Shown: positions 1 through 15,081 of the stretch, piece after piece
Layout of the letters: the number at the start of each line of letters is the position of its first letter
How positions within the stretch are numbered: the first letter of the stretch is position 1
Assembly (NCBI GenBank): GCA_951406725.2
Contig: OX597824.1
Location: 72,850,001 to 72,914,000, forward strand
Length of the DNA: 64,000 nucleotides
Direction of reading: 5' to 3'
Origin: Octopus vulgaris
Lineage: Eukaryota
The notes under the pieces: generated by a model
Database searches by the model: none
What the model was told of the DNA's origin: nothing
Seen by the model: the letters and a program-made list of their open reading frames with translations, nothing else
Program-made: the position numbers and the translations under genes

Positions 1-394
1 GGCAGCAATCACGCTCGGATGGTGCTCTTAGCACTCCACTGGCACAGGTGCCAGTCATTGAATTTGATTTGATTTCAATTTCACTTGCCTCAACAGGTCT
101 TCTCAAGCAGAGTTTAGTGTCCACTGAAGGAATGGTGACAGTATTTATGTCCCATGTACTCAAAAATGCTGGCAGCTTGACATTTCATGTGAAGTCATGT
201 GGAATAATGTACTCTAGCTGAAGCAAAGGTCAGGAAGGGCACCCAATTGTAAAATATCGTATCAAATCTTATCCATCATGGAAATGCACACATAAATTCT
301 GTGTGATGCCACTCACTGAACATAGGTTATGTAACCTATTTTATTTTGGTTGTCTTATAAGTTGCTTCAATATTGTTGTACTTTTATTATACAG

Positions 395-509
395 ATACCT
401 ACCAAGAGAAGTGGATCCTTTGGTTTACAATATGTCGGTCGAAGATCCTGGCCAAGTTAGTTATAATCAAATTGGTGGGCTTGGAGAACAGATCAGAGAA
501 CTCAGAGAA
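395..509 (+). CDS. PSMC6: 26S proteasome regulatory ATPase Rpt4/subunit 10B, internal exon (gene starts upstream of window)
   Basis: tacag acceptor, gtaagc donor; encodes [38 protein letters not shown]. Confidence 0.95.
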
Positions 510-1609
510 GTAAGCAAACATTTTTCAACACTTATCTCTCTCATCATCATCATAATTATCGTGGTCATTGTTTTAATGCCCATTTTTACATGCTTGCATG
601 TGTCTGGCAGAATTTATGGAAACAGATTTTCTATGGCTGGATGACCATCCTGTGACCAGTTGTCACCTGTTTCCAAGTAAGGTAAATACTTCCCCATGGC
701 CAGACATATTTCTGCAGAATACTGGAAATTGAATGACAATGCTTATATGACACTCATTTACAACTACTACCCACTATCAACACAAAGAGGCACAAACATT
801 TATACATGCATGTCACAGGCTTCTTTCAGTTTCTATCTGCCAAATCTATTTGCAAGACTTTGGTTAGGCTGGAGCCATAGTAGATGACACTTACCCAAGG
901 TGCCATGGATTGAGACTGAACCTGAAACCATGTAGTTGGGAAGCAAACCTCTTAAATACACACCCAGCATTATATAGCAGAAGTGTATCTAAAGGGCCAA
1001 GAGTTTTGTGTGTTGGTATGTATGTATACACACACATTATATATATATATATATATTCCACACTTCTCTCTCCAGCTCTTTAGTTCTTTCAATGATAAGG
1101 TAGTGGTGAGTTACTGGAGTTGCTAGAACTGCAGATAGATTGCTTTGTGGTATTTTCTTCTGATTCTCTGCACCCTAAGTTCAAATCTCACTGAAGTGAA
1201 CTTTGCTCTTCATCCACTCAGGTGTTTACAAATATGTCAGTCTAAGGTGGTGGTGGATTGGCAGAATTATCAGAATGTCAGACAGGATGCTTTGTGGTAT
1301 CCATTGTGGGTTTGTATTCTAAGTTCAAATCCTTCCACCTGTTATCAAGAAGCAGGATGGATGAAGAACCATTGTGACACTGTGTAGTTGTAGTTGGCAG
1401 ATTGTGTCAAAAAACAATGAGAACATAGTTTCTCTGGGGTTTTTTTATGAAGATTGGATGCCACCATTATCTTGTCATATATTTTCGATTTGTTTAATGT
1501 CCATTTTTGATACCCTGAGTTTAATGAATATATGTCATCGAGGCCATTGTTTTACAGCTTGATGCTCTTTCTGTCACTAAGCCTTAACATGTTTTTCAAT
1601 ATTCTCTAA

Positions 1610-1870
<261 letters not shown>

Positions 1871-2778
1871 TGATACCTCTACTTCACCAACCTTTCTCCC
1901 TTTTCTGCTGGGGTAGCAGTGTAGTTTCTTTATTGCAAGACACCTGTCCCTATCTCCATTATCATGCTTTAGTCTTTCAACACCTGACACAAAGCCACCT
2001 CAATGCTGCACTTTCATTGTGTCAAGCAGTCTTGCTTTGCAAGTTATTTGGTGGCCTCACTAGTGCAGGTGCCATGAAAAAAGCACCCAGTACACTCTGT
2101 AAAATGAAAGGCATGTAGCCAAAAGACTTGCTTAATCAAACATTGGAGCCCAATGCAGCTCTCTGGCTCATCAGGTCCTGTTGAACTATCCAACCCATAC
2201 TAGAATGGAATATGGACAATAAATGATATCTCAGGATACCTAAAATTTTTTAATTTCTTACTCATTATTGATATCAGTTCTATTATGTTTTAAGGCAACA
2301 AGCCTGCAGAATTGTTAGCACATTGGACAAAATGCTTTATGGTATTTCTTCTGGCTCTTTCCATTCCAAGTTCAAATTTCATTGATGTCAACTTTGCTTC
2401 TTATGCTTTCAGAGTTGATAAAATAAAGTACCATTCAACTACAGGGGGCTGGTGTAATCGATTTGCCCCCTCCTCAAAGTTGCTAGCCTTGTGTCAAAAT
2501 TAGGTTGTTGTTACTAAGCCTGGTAAGCTGGTAGAATCATTCGTGCATCTAACAAAATGCTTAGTGGCATTGCTTCCAGCTTTTTACATTTTGATTTCGA
2601 ATCTCATCCTGATTGGTTTTGCTTTCCAACCTTTCAAGGTTGATAAAATTAAGTGCTAGTAAAATACTTGGGTTGATATTACCAATATCAATTTGCCCCT
2701 GTTTTTCACAACTGCTAGACTTGTACCAGAATTAGAAAAAAATTATGAAGTTTTTAAGCAGTACTCCAACATGGTTAA

Positions 2779-3075
<297 letters not shown>

Positions 3076-3751
3076 TGATCTTGTTATTGATTTTTTTTTT
3101 AAATTAAAAAAAATTTTTTTTAACTAAAGTTTTAAAAAGAGAAATGTTATAACAGTTAGAATGAGAAGGCAGGGAAACTACAATTGGGATTTTCATAACA
3201 GGGGTTACACATTTTCTAAAATTGGATTATCATTACTTTAATGTCTGCTTTCAGATGCCCTTCCTATCATCAACCCACACCTGTTTCCAAGCATGTTTTG
3301 TCAGACATGGGAGACTTGAAACGAATAACACCATTTGTATAATGGTAATGCTCACCTACAACTATCACATGGCATTAAGACAAGGGAATGCACACACACA
3401 TACATTTATACATGACAGGCTTCTTTCAGTCTACCAAATCCATTCACAAGGCTTTGGTTGACCCAAATTTATTGTAGGAGACCCTTGCCCAAGATGCCAT
3501 GCAGTGGGACTGAACCCAAAACCATGTAGTTGGGAAGCAAACATCTTAACCACACTCATATATATATAGGCATTAAATGCTTATGATAATGATGATGCAG
3601 GAGGGGCTTATTGAAGCAGTTGTCTTGAAAATTGGATAGCATTTATATTTCTAACCACTTTACGAAGTAGATAGGAACCTCTTTCTCTGTATGTTTGTAT
3701 GTGAAGAATTGTTGATATTCATTATAACCAAAATGTATTTGTTTTATTTAG

Positions 3752-3970
<219 letters not shown>

Positions 3971-4179
3971 TAATGGATATAGAAACCTGGTGTTAACTGC
4001 ATAATTAAAACAGCAAGATAAAGCGAGATGTGACGTGCACATTGCATTTTTATTCTTCTCTTCTGTTTTACAAATCCAGTGTGCACTTCTCTTTCTGATT
4101 CTAACTCAAAACTGTTTCCTGGTCACAACCATCTCACATATCTGCAGTCATGAAGAGTGCATTGCACTCTGATACTTGT

Positions 4180-4495
4180 GAAATAATAGTGAATTTATTG
4201 TATACAGTGCTCACGTGCACTACAGCTTATCAGAAAAGGTAGCCAAATGTGCCTGTACAGTACAAAGAATAACACACAAAGTGAACTGTGAAAGGCTTGT
4301 TTTCAAAAAAAAAAAGGTGCAGGGCATTAGGTGTACTGTTGGCAAATTTCGGGAAGCATAGAAGTTTTGAAGGATGTAGTGTCCTGACAGCTAACAACTG
4401 ATGGAGGTAGTTTATTCCATGCTTCAGGAGTTCTGAGTGTGAAAAAAATGTTTACAAAAGTTATGGGTACTGTGTTGTTTTCTGACTTTGTAAGT
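4180..4495 (-). mobile_element. Older CR1/L2-type 3' fragment
   Basis: Reverse complement of the same 3' end. Confidence 0.7.
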
Positions 4496-7400
4496 CCATT
4501 TATAGCCTCAAGCTAATCAAAGCTTTGTGAGTGGATTTTGTAGACAGAAACTGAAAGAAGCCTGTCATGTGTGTGTGTGAGTGTCAGTGTACCCCATCAT
4601 TTGATAACTAGACTTTGTGTATTTGCATCTCCATAATTTAGCAGTTTGGTAAAAAAGACCGATAAAATAAGTACAGACTTAAAAAAAAAAATAAGTACTG
4701 GGTTTGATTCATTTAATTAAAAGTTGTTCAATGCGGTGCCCCAGCATGGTCACAGTCTGATAACTAAGACAAGTAAAAGATAATAGATGCTACTATGGAA
4801 AATCACTATAAAATGAAAGAACATCTTGAGCAAGTTGGTTCTACCAAAATCTCCTGTTGGTCCAAACCTTCTAAATGAACTTGAGTTACAGGGACTCAAT
4901 CTGTTGTGCTTCCTTGGTGACTATAGCTGTGTCTATTGTATTCAGTAGACATAAACTTGTGTGGAAAGTCATTGAATGGTGCGTTTCTGTTTTTAGATGT
5001 GAGACTTAGCTGTTGCATGGTTTACCATCATCCCATGATGTTTCTTCAGAGACCATAGCCATGTCCTCTTTAATGTAAATATTCAGGCCAAATAGCCTAT
5101 CTGATAATTTGATATCTTCCTACTGTAGCAACCAATGAATTGTAGTTTCTTCCTCTTCTACCATCCACCAGTCTCACTAAGACTTACTTAGATCATGGAT
5201 ACTGTCTGTATTATTCTGATGTAGCCATAAAAAATAACATTAAAATATATTATATTAAAAAACTATATTACTTAAATTATATTACTTTCATGATGGTTCT
5301 TTTTCACATCCACTTTTTCCATACTTGCATGGATTGGATGAAATCTGCTGAAGATGAATTCTACAATCTGATTCACTTTCTCATGCTGGCCCTTGCTTTC
5401 AAGTAATTTATTCCACATTTTCATGTCAGACTGCTGCCAGACATTCTGTTTACAGGGAATATTACATCACTGCTGTCAGTGTGATGATATTCAAAGGCAA
5501 AAACACACATGTATATAGACATATATACATACATATGTGCGTGTGTATGTATACATAAATGACATGCTTCTGTACAGTTTCCTTCTAATGAATTTCACTG
5601 ACAATACAATCGTCTGTCCAAGGCTACTTGCTCAATGTGTCACAGTGGGATTGAACCAGAATCATGAGATTGTGAAGCTAATTCCTTCACAGTCATGCCT
5701 GTACCTACATAACATATATAGGAAATTTATAAGACGTTCCTCTCTTATCAACAATAAAAGCTCATTTGTTATTGCTACGATATAATTTTGTCCTAAATAT
5801 CATTCTTTTGATAAAGAGGGACATTACTTTTGAATTGTGAAGATATAGAAACTATAATGAGACCCTGAGCTGATAATAAGCAAGTCTCATTTACTCATAT
5901 ACTTGTTTCAGTCATTTGACTGTGGCCATCCTGAAGCACCACCTTTAGTCGAGCAAATCGACTCCAGGACTTATTCTTTGTAAGCCTAGTACTTATTCTA
6001 CTGGCCTTTTTTTTGCCGAACTGCTAAGTTACAGGGACATAAACACACCAGCATCGGTTATCAAGCAATAGTGGGGCGGGGTACAAACACAGACACAAAC
6101 ATAAACATACATATGTATATACATATATACGACGGGCTTCTTTCAGTTTCCGTCTACCAAATCCACTCACAAGGCTTTGGTCAGCCTGAGGCTATAGTAG
6201 AAGACACTTGCCCAAGGTGCCATGCAGTGGGACTGAACCCAGAACCATGTGATTGGTAAGCAAGCTACTTACCACACAGCCACTCCTGCCTACATGATTG
6301 TTGAAACTTCTAGAAACTGCTGCCAAATCTTCCTCAAATTATGTCATACTGCCTTAAAAATGGAAGAATACATTAAACTATTGTAGTTAGTTGTTGAAAA
6401 AGACTGGATAATTATGGTTTTGATAGTTTGTTTTTTTCAGTCAAGGCTGACTTGGGACAAAAACACAGCAACTGTACAAATATAATAAAACCTTTTATTA
6501 AGCTATAAATGACATTTGTTATCATCTCAGTTTCTTTTGGCTTAAAAAAGTAATTAAACATTTACATTTTGTGTGACTTATGGCCAATCCTATACTGTTT
6601 ATTAATCTATGTAGAGCCACAGGAAGTCAAAAGTTTGCAGGTTATTGGTCTACTTACAAACTTGAAGGTATTACAGTTTCTCACCTGTCACCTGTGTTTC
6701 ATATTAATATTTTAATCTTTTCTGGAACATTTTTCTCACAATTCTCTGTTCTGTGTTTCTCCTAATTTTTTAAAACAATCAAGAATTTGATGTGGGTTTT
6801 AAGAAAATAACTGATTTGTCTATAAAGATGTTGTTTGTAGATGAAATGTGTAATTTCTAATAAATGTTTTAACTCTGAATATGACCATTCTAAAGCAAAC
6901 AGATATTTGTATTCTAGAATTAGGGACAAAATACTTTTACTTGAAGTAATTTTGACTTTATCATCATTATCATTTAACGTCCGTTTTCCATGCTAGCATG
7001 GGTTGGATGGTTCGACCAGGATCTGGGAAGCCAGGAGGCTGCGCCAGGCTCCAGTCTGATCTGGCAGTGTTTCTACAGCTGGATGCCAACCACTACGTGA
7101 GTGTAGTGGGTGCTTTTCACATACCACTGGCACAGGGGCCAGAGGAGGCTGGCAAATGGCCACAATCGGTTGGTGCTTTTTACATGTCACCGACATAGTC
7201 GCCAGTCAGGCGGTGCTGGCATCGGCCATGTTCGGATGGTGCTTTTTACGTGCCACCGGCACGGGTATCATAACTACAATTTCCATTTGATTTTTATTTT
7301 GATGTTGATGTTAACGTATTTGACTCAATAAGTCTCCCGGGTCACCCTACAATCCAAAGTTAGGATAGTAACTATATATTTAGTAAGATAATTTTTGTCA

Positions 7401-8481
7401 TGATTAAGCTGGTGTTTGAAATATAAATTAGTATAAAGTTTTGAAGGAAGATTTAAATTTAGATAATTTTAAAGGAAGTTTTGCATCACACAGCTAGGAG
7501 TGGTTATAGGTAGATTGGCATGAAACGTGTGTTAAAGAGTAGTAATGAGCTCAAGTTGCATTTGGTTATTGTTCAGAATGAAATGGACTACACCTGTCTT
7601 CCTCTTGCTCGAATAGACAAATGGCTGCATATATTTAAAGCAATTTTGCTAAGTAAATGCAGGTCTAGCATTGAAATCCTCTACTCACATTTTGTTGTGT
7701 ATTTGGACAGTACACCTGATTGTACATTTCTGTTTTTACTTTACTGTAGGAAATAGATACCAGGCCATGTGAATGTTAGCTGAGATAGACTGGAGTTCTA
7801 ACCGCTATGGTTTCTCTCATCTGTTTAAAACAGTTATGAAACTGAAACTAAGCCACTTAGAACCCAGAAGATACGTATCATCATCATTTACTGTCCATTT
7901 TTCCATGGAGTCATGGGACTGCACTAAACCCCACTGGCTCCTTTGGCATGGTTTCTACTGCTGGATACCCTTTCTGATGCCAACAACTGTTTCAGTCCTA
8001 CTATGTGATACTTTGGGCAAGTGACTTCTACTATAGACTTGAGCCAAGGGTCCACCAAATTCCTTGTGAGAGTATTTGGTATATAGAAACAGAAAGAAGC
8101 CTGTTGTGTATTTGTGCATGTGTCTTTTTGTTTGTCTTTCTGCCATATATAAATATGTGTGTGTGTGTGTGAAAGGAGTTTATTACGTATGTGTTTGTGT
8201 TCTCCTTGTCTTTACCTTGCACAATAGTTGTAAACAAGCTTCATCATCATATAAGTGGTGTTGTATGTTTCTACTCTTCCTTGGAAACATGTCTGGCACA
8301 GGAAAATGTTATCTTAGTAAGAAACAAGTGAGGGCTGGCCACAGGATGCGCATCCTACTATGAAAAATCTGCCTCAATGAATTCCATCTGATCCATGCAA
8401 GCATAGAAAAGTGGACAATAAAACAATGATAAATGATATGATATTACGTAATTATATAAATATATTTGCCTTCCTTTGCAG

Positions 8482-8562
8482 AAATTCCCTTACCAAATGA
8501 ACAAGCTCGACTTGAAATTCTTAAAATTCATGCGCAGCCTATTGCAAAACATGGAGAAATCG
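8482..8562 (+). CDS. PSMC6: PSMC6 exon (not in ORF track)
   Basis: ttgcag acceptor, gtaagt donor, phases compatible; (E)[26 protein letters not shown]. Confidence 0.95.
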
Positions 8563-8883
8563 GTAAGTTCCTGGAGTTGGTTATTCTTTTCTAACATTTA
8601 TTTAAATCAGGCTTAAGTAATTTCTTTAATGCTAGAATTTAACTTGACGGAGGGATTTGCATAGCGTTTTGCCAAAAGGTAACAGCTTGTAAATTTTCAT
8701 ATGATATTTCTCTATCTCTACCTGTGGGGAAATCTAATTTACATGTTGGTGTTAAGTTTCGACATTTGTTGTTTATACTAAGCACTGTAGAACTTCTGCT
8801 AAATTGAAATATATATATATATATAATGTGTGCATATGTATCTGTATGTATTTGTGTGTGTGTATATGTGTGCATATATATTT

Positions 8884-8925
<42 letters not shown>

Positions 8926-9200
8926 TTGTGTATATGCATATATGTATCTGTGTATATATTTTCACTAGTTTCCATCTATCTATTGTAGCCATACTAGAGC
9001 ACTGCTTTCAATGTTTTAGTTGATTATATTTACTCCAGTACACATTTCAGTTTCATATTTTATTGGTATTTATTTGTCAAACCCTTGAATTGTCTCTCTC
9101 TCTCTTTCTCTCCCCTCCTACATATAATTTATTCATAGAAGGGTTATCCATTCACAAGGTATTGGTCAAGCTGAGTCTACAGTAGAAGACTTATAGTTAA

Positions 9201-9353
<153 letters not shown>

Positions 9354-9737
9354 TAAAGATTTTTTTTCAACAAGCAAAGTAGCTAGTTAGAAAATTTCTG
9401 TAAGAGATTGAAGCAGTAACTATATTGTGAAGCAATGTTTATCACTACATTAATACGGCTGTCCTATAGGAATCGATGTTACTACTGTTTTTAACCCTAG
9501 GAAGAGCTTCCTCCAGCTGGTTATTGATGCAATCTGCACCTGATATATATTGCAAGCAGGGGAGCAAACCCCGTCTATCTTCTAGCAGACAACATCACCA
9601 GACTATTTCTGCCTATCATCTGTGGTGAGCACCCATCTGCTAGAGATAGCAGTAATTCTCTCCAGCTTGCAATATATAGACAACTAAGTGGACAGTCACT
9701 GATCTTGCAACAAGCAAAGTAGCTAGTTAGAAGGGAG

Positions 9738-9890
9738 AGTTTACGAAAAAAAACAAAAGACGAAGACAGGTGGTGTACAAAACAAACAGATGTATTAGTA
9801 TAATGCTCACGAATAGAAAGTCTTTTACGTTTCGAGCCTATGCTCTTCTACAGAAAGGGACACAGAAAAAACAAGGAGAGAAAAAATGTA
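9738..9890 (-). mobile_element. PLE-repeat-like element with hammerhead-like motif (9822-9857, A6U core) in a PSMC6 intron
   Basis: cttt CTGTAGA a gagc-atag-gctc GAAA cg TA aaag; homologous to 62310-62493. Confidence 0.6.
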
Positions 9891-11459
9891 TGTAGCAAAG
9901 AGAAGTAATGTTTATTACCATGTCAATATGGCTGTTCCATAGGAATCAACATTACTACCGTTTTTAACCCCAGGAGAGGTTGCTTTTTTCTTTCTTGTTT
10001 TTAAGTCAGGGGAAAGGTAGTAACCATGACTCACTGTGACTAGTAAGAGGGAGGCCGGATGAACAGAAGGTATCCTCTAACCAGTGGCCTGGCTCTGGAT
10101 GCTTGCAAGTGACGGGACTCTGCTAAAGGTATCTAAGGTACCAAATGGTGGTTTTAAACTGGGTGACAGTTAAGTCTGTCGCTTGTATTGGCCATGGTGA
10201 GATTTGAATTTGGGATCCAAAGAGCCAGAACAAACACTGCCAGGCATCTTTTCAAGCATTTTTACAGTTCCACTTATCTACAATCCTGGATTGATATATT
10301 CTTACTGACGCTGAAAGAAAGACGAAGTTGACCATGATGAGATTTGAACCCACAACACAGTCAGACGTAAACTATCTAACTCAGCATTCTAGCAACTCTG
10401 CTGATGTGCCACCTATTTAGATATTAATATAAATCTTGTGATGTAAAATATGTAGCAAGGAGCTAATGAGTAGAGGAATATCACTTAATATTGGAAATGA
10501 ACGACACTGCTTGTATGACAGTGACACTCATTTACAACTATCACACAATGTCAAGACATGGAGACAAACATACACACATTCAGAACATATCTATGTACGC
10601 ACTCACACACATATACATACAGAGTGTCTTCTCCAAAATGTATACCCATGCGATTATAATAAACTGGCATCCGTGCTAGTGAAGCACTAAGAGCACCAGC
10701 CAAGCGTGATCGTTGCCAGAGCAGCTAGCTGGCGTCCATGCCAGTGGCATATAAAAAGCACCATTCGAACGTGATCATTACCAGCATTACCTTACTGGCA
10801 CTTGTGCAGGTGGCACGTAAAAAAAACCCACCATTTAGGTGTGGCCATTGCCAGTACCACCCGACTGGCCCTTGTGCTGGTGGCACGTAAAAACACCCAC
10901 TACACTCTAGGAGTGGTTGGCGTTAGGAAGGGCATCCAGCTGTAGAAACACTGCCAGATCAAAATTGGAGCCTGGTGCAGCCATCTGGTTCGCCAGTCCT
11001 CAGTCAAATCGTCCAACCCATGCTAGCATGGAAAGTGGATGTTAAACGATGATGATGATGCTGATGAGTGTTTATTAAAATACATTTCATTTTCAAAATT
11101 TAAAAGAATTTACAAAAAATATATTTTTTATGATGCCTATTTTCAAATTCAATCTGATGACTGTTCTGGTTCAAGCATTGCTGATAATGTGAACCAGTGA
11201 AATCACAAACATCAAGAATCATTTCATTTGGTATTTGTGTGCATTGTTGTTCAATGGCTGTCCTCATTTCATTGACTGTTGCTGGTTTTGTACCATAAAA
11301 TTTATCTTAAGTATCCCCATGAAAAACAAATGTGTATGGTTCAGTGAATGCAGAGGCATGCTATTGAACCTCTTCATCCAATTTACCAGTTTGGCAAAAT
11401 CTCATCAAAGTAGGCCTTTACATTCCTGGGGTGCCCCTTCTTCTTTATGCCTTTAACCC

Positions 11460-12480
11460 TCCAACGCGGAGTATAGGCCACTTATAGTTGAATTCCATAA
11501 TTTTTGGCCTCTGTACTTATACTCTGCCATGAATGTCCCCCTTTCTCTAGTTCCTTTTGTGTTGATCTCCGCCACGAGTTATTAGGCCTACCTCTCTTTC
11601 TATATCCATCCGGTTTCCACTGTAAAGCACTTTTCGCTACGTTTGGTGTATCTTTTCTAATTGTGCTACCAATCCACTTCCACTTTTTCTTAAATATTTG
11701 CTCCCTAATCGAAACTTGATTTGTTCTTTGCCATAGCTCCATATTGCTTATGTGTTCGGGCCATCTAATTTTAAGTGTATTACGCAAGCATCTGTTGATG
11801 AATGATTGTGTTTGCTTATTTGACTTAACTGTTGTTCGCCATGTCTCAGCCCCATACAATAACACCTTGCTACAAAATAAATTTCCACATCTTCAAAATG
11901 TTCTTGGATGCTTGGCATGACAGAAAATTGCAACAAGTTCAAATAAATGGTACCATTCACAGTAGCATCAAGAAAGAACAGTCCAGTTAATCTTTTCCAT
12001 AATAAACATCACCTGCAACTCCTGGTAAATTAACATGACATTTCTCCATAACATGCAAATTCTCTGATCCCCAGTAGGTGCAGTTGAGCTATTTAATTTA
12101 AATTTAACTTCATCATCCTAAACAATCTTTGTTGAAAAATGTGCATCATCTACATATCTTGCATGCAATGGACACTTGACTTTGAAATTCCTATCTCATG
12201 AATCATTTGCCACACAGATTTTCTTGAATTCTTGTATGTTTCTAGTGCTCTTTCTTGCTATTCATGGCTCATTGATGTCTGTGGTCATGTAGACATTTCT
12301 TGTAGAAATTCTGAACAGTTCCATCTGCTTCTAACTTTTCTCTAATTCAGCTGGTGCTAAGTCATGTGGGTGGATCTCTTTGAGATTCCCTCCTAAACTA
12401 TCTTTGCATAAAAACTTCCAATAGTACTTTAGGGTAAAGTTTCTGTTGTTCAAAGCCCAGTCTAGCTCCCTTCATTATTT
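11460..12480 (-). mobile_element. RTE-clade LINE remnant
   Basis: LLYGAETW...[17 protein letters not shown]...WKWIG...RKRGRP; ARYVDDAH near 12150. Confidence 0.8.
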
Positions 12481-14855
12481 CTAAAGGGTTAAATTTAAAA
12501 AGGAATGATAATTGAGTTATGTGTGTCTGTTTGTCTCCCACCACTCCTTGACAGCAGGTGTTGGTTTGTTTACATCTCTGTGCAAAAGAGACCGAGAGAA
12601 TAAGTACCAGGCTTTAAAATAAAACACACTGGGGTTGATTCATTTAACTAAAAGAAATTCTTCCAGGCAGTGCCCCAGCATGGCCTCAGTCTAAAGACTG
12701 AAACAAGTAAAAGTTAAAAGATTTGTTAAAGTGTGTATACATTTTGGGACACACTGTTTACACATACACACGCACTGGGCTTCTGTTAGTTTCTGTCCTC
12801 CAAATCTGCTCACAAGTCTTTCATTGACCTGAGGTTATAGTAGAAGATACTTTCTCAAGGCGCCATACAGCGGGACTGAACTTGAAACCATATAGTTGGG
12901 AAGCAAACTTCATCACCTCACAACCATGTCTGTGCGCATGCGCACACACACGTGTATGGTGCTTCAGCATATCGCAGCCACCTGGTTGAAATGTATCAAA
13001 GAAAATATATTGTAACCTGTTCTTTTCAGCACATGAGTTTTAGAAAAAAAAATCAGTTATAATTTGTAACTTTTATACTTTTTAACCGGATGTTCTGTTT
13101 TCATTGTTTCTTTCTTTTTACCATTTGAATTTACCTTTCTCTCTTTTTTTTTTGTCTCCAGAGTCATTAGAGCAGGTATCAGGATAATACTGGGGTGGGG
13201 TGGCTATATAGTTCCCACCATTGCTGCTCACAGTTTTGTGGTTTCAATAAATAATTTATGACATGGACTGAAATTTCTTGTGACTCTCTCCTTAGCTTCT
13301 TCTTGGTTTTCTATAAATTTTCCCATGCTAGTATGGGTGAGGTGATTTTTAATAAATGTCAACATACACATAATGTAAGAGGTAAACCACTTACCTATAA
13401 ACCTGAAGGGCCTTGCCTTTTACTTGTTACTAAGATGGATAAATCCAGCCCTCTCTCTCTCTTTGTATTTTTTTCTTGTGTTTGCACATGACTAATTTTG
13501 TATACCACCACTATTCCTTGAAATAATGCTGTACATTCATCTTCCCACTGTTATGCATATTCCTTTTTGCTATCTGCCACACCAAAAATGTATGCACATT
13601 TTGTCTTAGGTTCAGAAGAAACATTTCATTGTTAAAGAAGCCTCATCTTATTAAATGATTTCAGAGAAAAATCTTCCTCACACTCTAATATTCTTCAATC
13701 TTCTTTCTGTTCTTGGTGTTCCCCATCACCTGTTTATAGACTAATTAATGAACAAAACCTTATTTCTCAGACATAACGATGATGGTACATCAACTTCACT
13801 TGATGACTAATGTCAGACATCTGTAATGTGCTACCAAGTTAGAGAGCATGTGGCTGTCACTAAAGCTTAATAACAGTAAAATAACTTGAAGTAGGCAGGG
13901 GCTTAAAATCTCTTGATGTACAGAAAACAAGGATGATTTCAAACTAGTTAAAGTCTTAATGTATAATAATGGTTTCTTAATTCACTCTTTAGCATTTAAA
14001 TTTCTTTATCCGATCTACACTTTATTTATTCACAGTGTTTTGAATTAATCATGCATTGTCTTGTAGCTTCAAGATTCAATGGTGTGCTTGTATATTTTTA
14101 GAATGACATCGTAGGGTAGGTGTGAGAAGTTGGGTCTCGTCAGTTTTAACATAAAAAATGCAGAAGATTTCGGCTGGATAAAATGCTAAAAGATTTAAGC
14201 ATAAAGTATATAGAATTAGAGGAATCATGTAGTGTGATGAAGATTTTTTTTCTTTTTTAATTCCAGTTCTCTAAGCTATTTTTTTTTGTTGCTGCAGAAG
14301 TGGAGTGAAATAGAATAGTGTAATGTGAAGTGGCTTCGATGGGAAATTGAAACCACATTATCTTTGCTTGCTTAAACCTAACCTTTGCTCTGTGGCATTT
14401 TTCACATTCTTACATAGAATTAACGAAAACATTTAAGTAATAACAAAATAAAGGAAGTAAAATTCACAAATGCAATTGCGAAATTAGTGTTAACATATTC
14501 ATGTAGTGAGAATAAAAGTCACTTGAAAGACTAGTTTTTTTTTTCTTTTCAACACAATAATTTTGAGTTAACTTTCTAATGATTACTCAATTAAATACAT
14601 TAACACACTCACCACATGATTATTTCTTGTTAACTATTTAAGCCTCCCTGTATTAAATACGTTAACACTAACTTATCTGTTTCACCACATAATTATTCCT
14701 AATTAACTTTTTAATCCTGTATTTTAAATATGTGAACATCTCACTAACATAGCTATTATTTATTTATTTTTCGTGCAGCTAGCATGTTATTTCTTCTCAT
14801 AAATATATGTGTCTGTGTTACCTAAGCTAATATCTGACTTGATGTTATTGTGCAG

Positions 14856-14974
14856 GTATGTGTACCATAAGGGCCGAACGAGAATATGTTATTGAAGAAG
14901 ACTTTATGAAAGCTGTACGAAAAGTGGCTGACAACAAGATTCTAGAATCCAAGCTGGACTACAAACCAATTTAA
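14856..14974 (+). CDS. PSMC6: PSMC6 terminal coding exon (not in ORF track)
   Basis: tgcag acceptor; (G)[38 protein letters not shown] then TAA; matches the Rpt4 C-terminus. Confidence 0.93.
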
Positions 14975-15075
14975 ATTTCAGGCCGTATTCTAACAACAAT
15001 TGTCTACAACTCAAAGTTTTTACATCTATTGAGAATATAGTAGTTGTGCATTTTATGTTCTTTTCCTTTCTTTAA

Positions 15076-15081
15076 AATAAA
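15076..15081 (+). terminator. Candidate PSMC6 polyadenylation signal
   Basis: AATAAA about 100 nt after the stop, followed by T-rich sequence. Confidence 0.55.

Noticed and set aside
11150-11245. Intronic snoRNA (two hairpins, TGATGA/CTGA)
   Set aside because: No ACA box, and the C/D spacing is too short
14849-14861. Recursive splice site CAG/GTATGT at the last PSMC6 exon
   Set aside because: Explained by the conserved Gly-Met codons at the exon start
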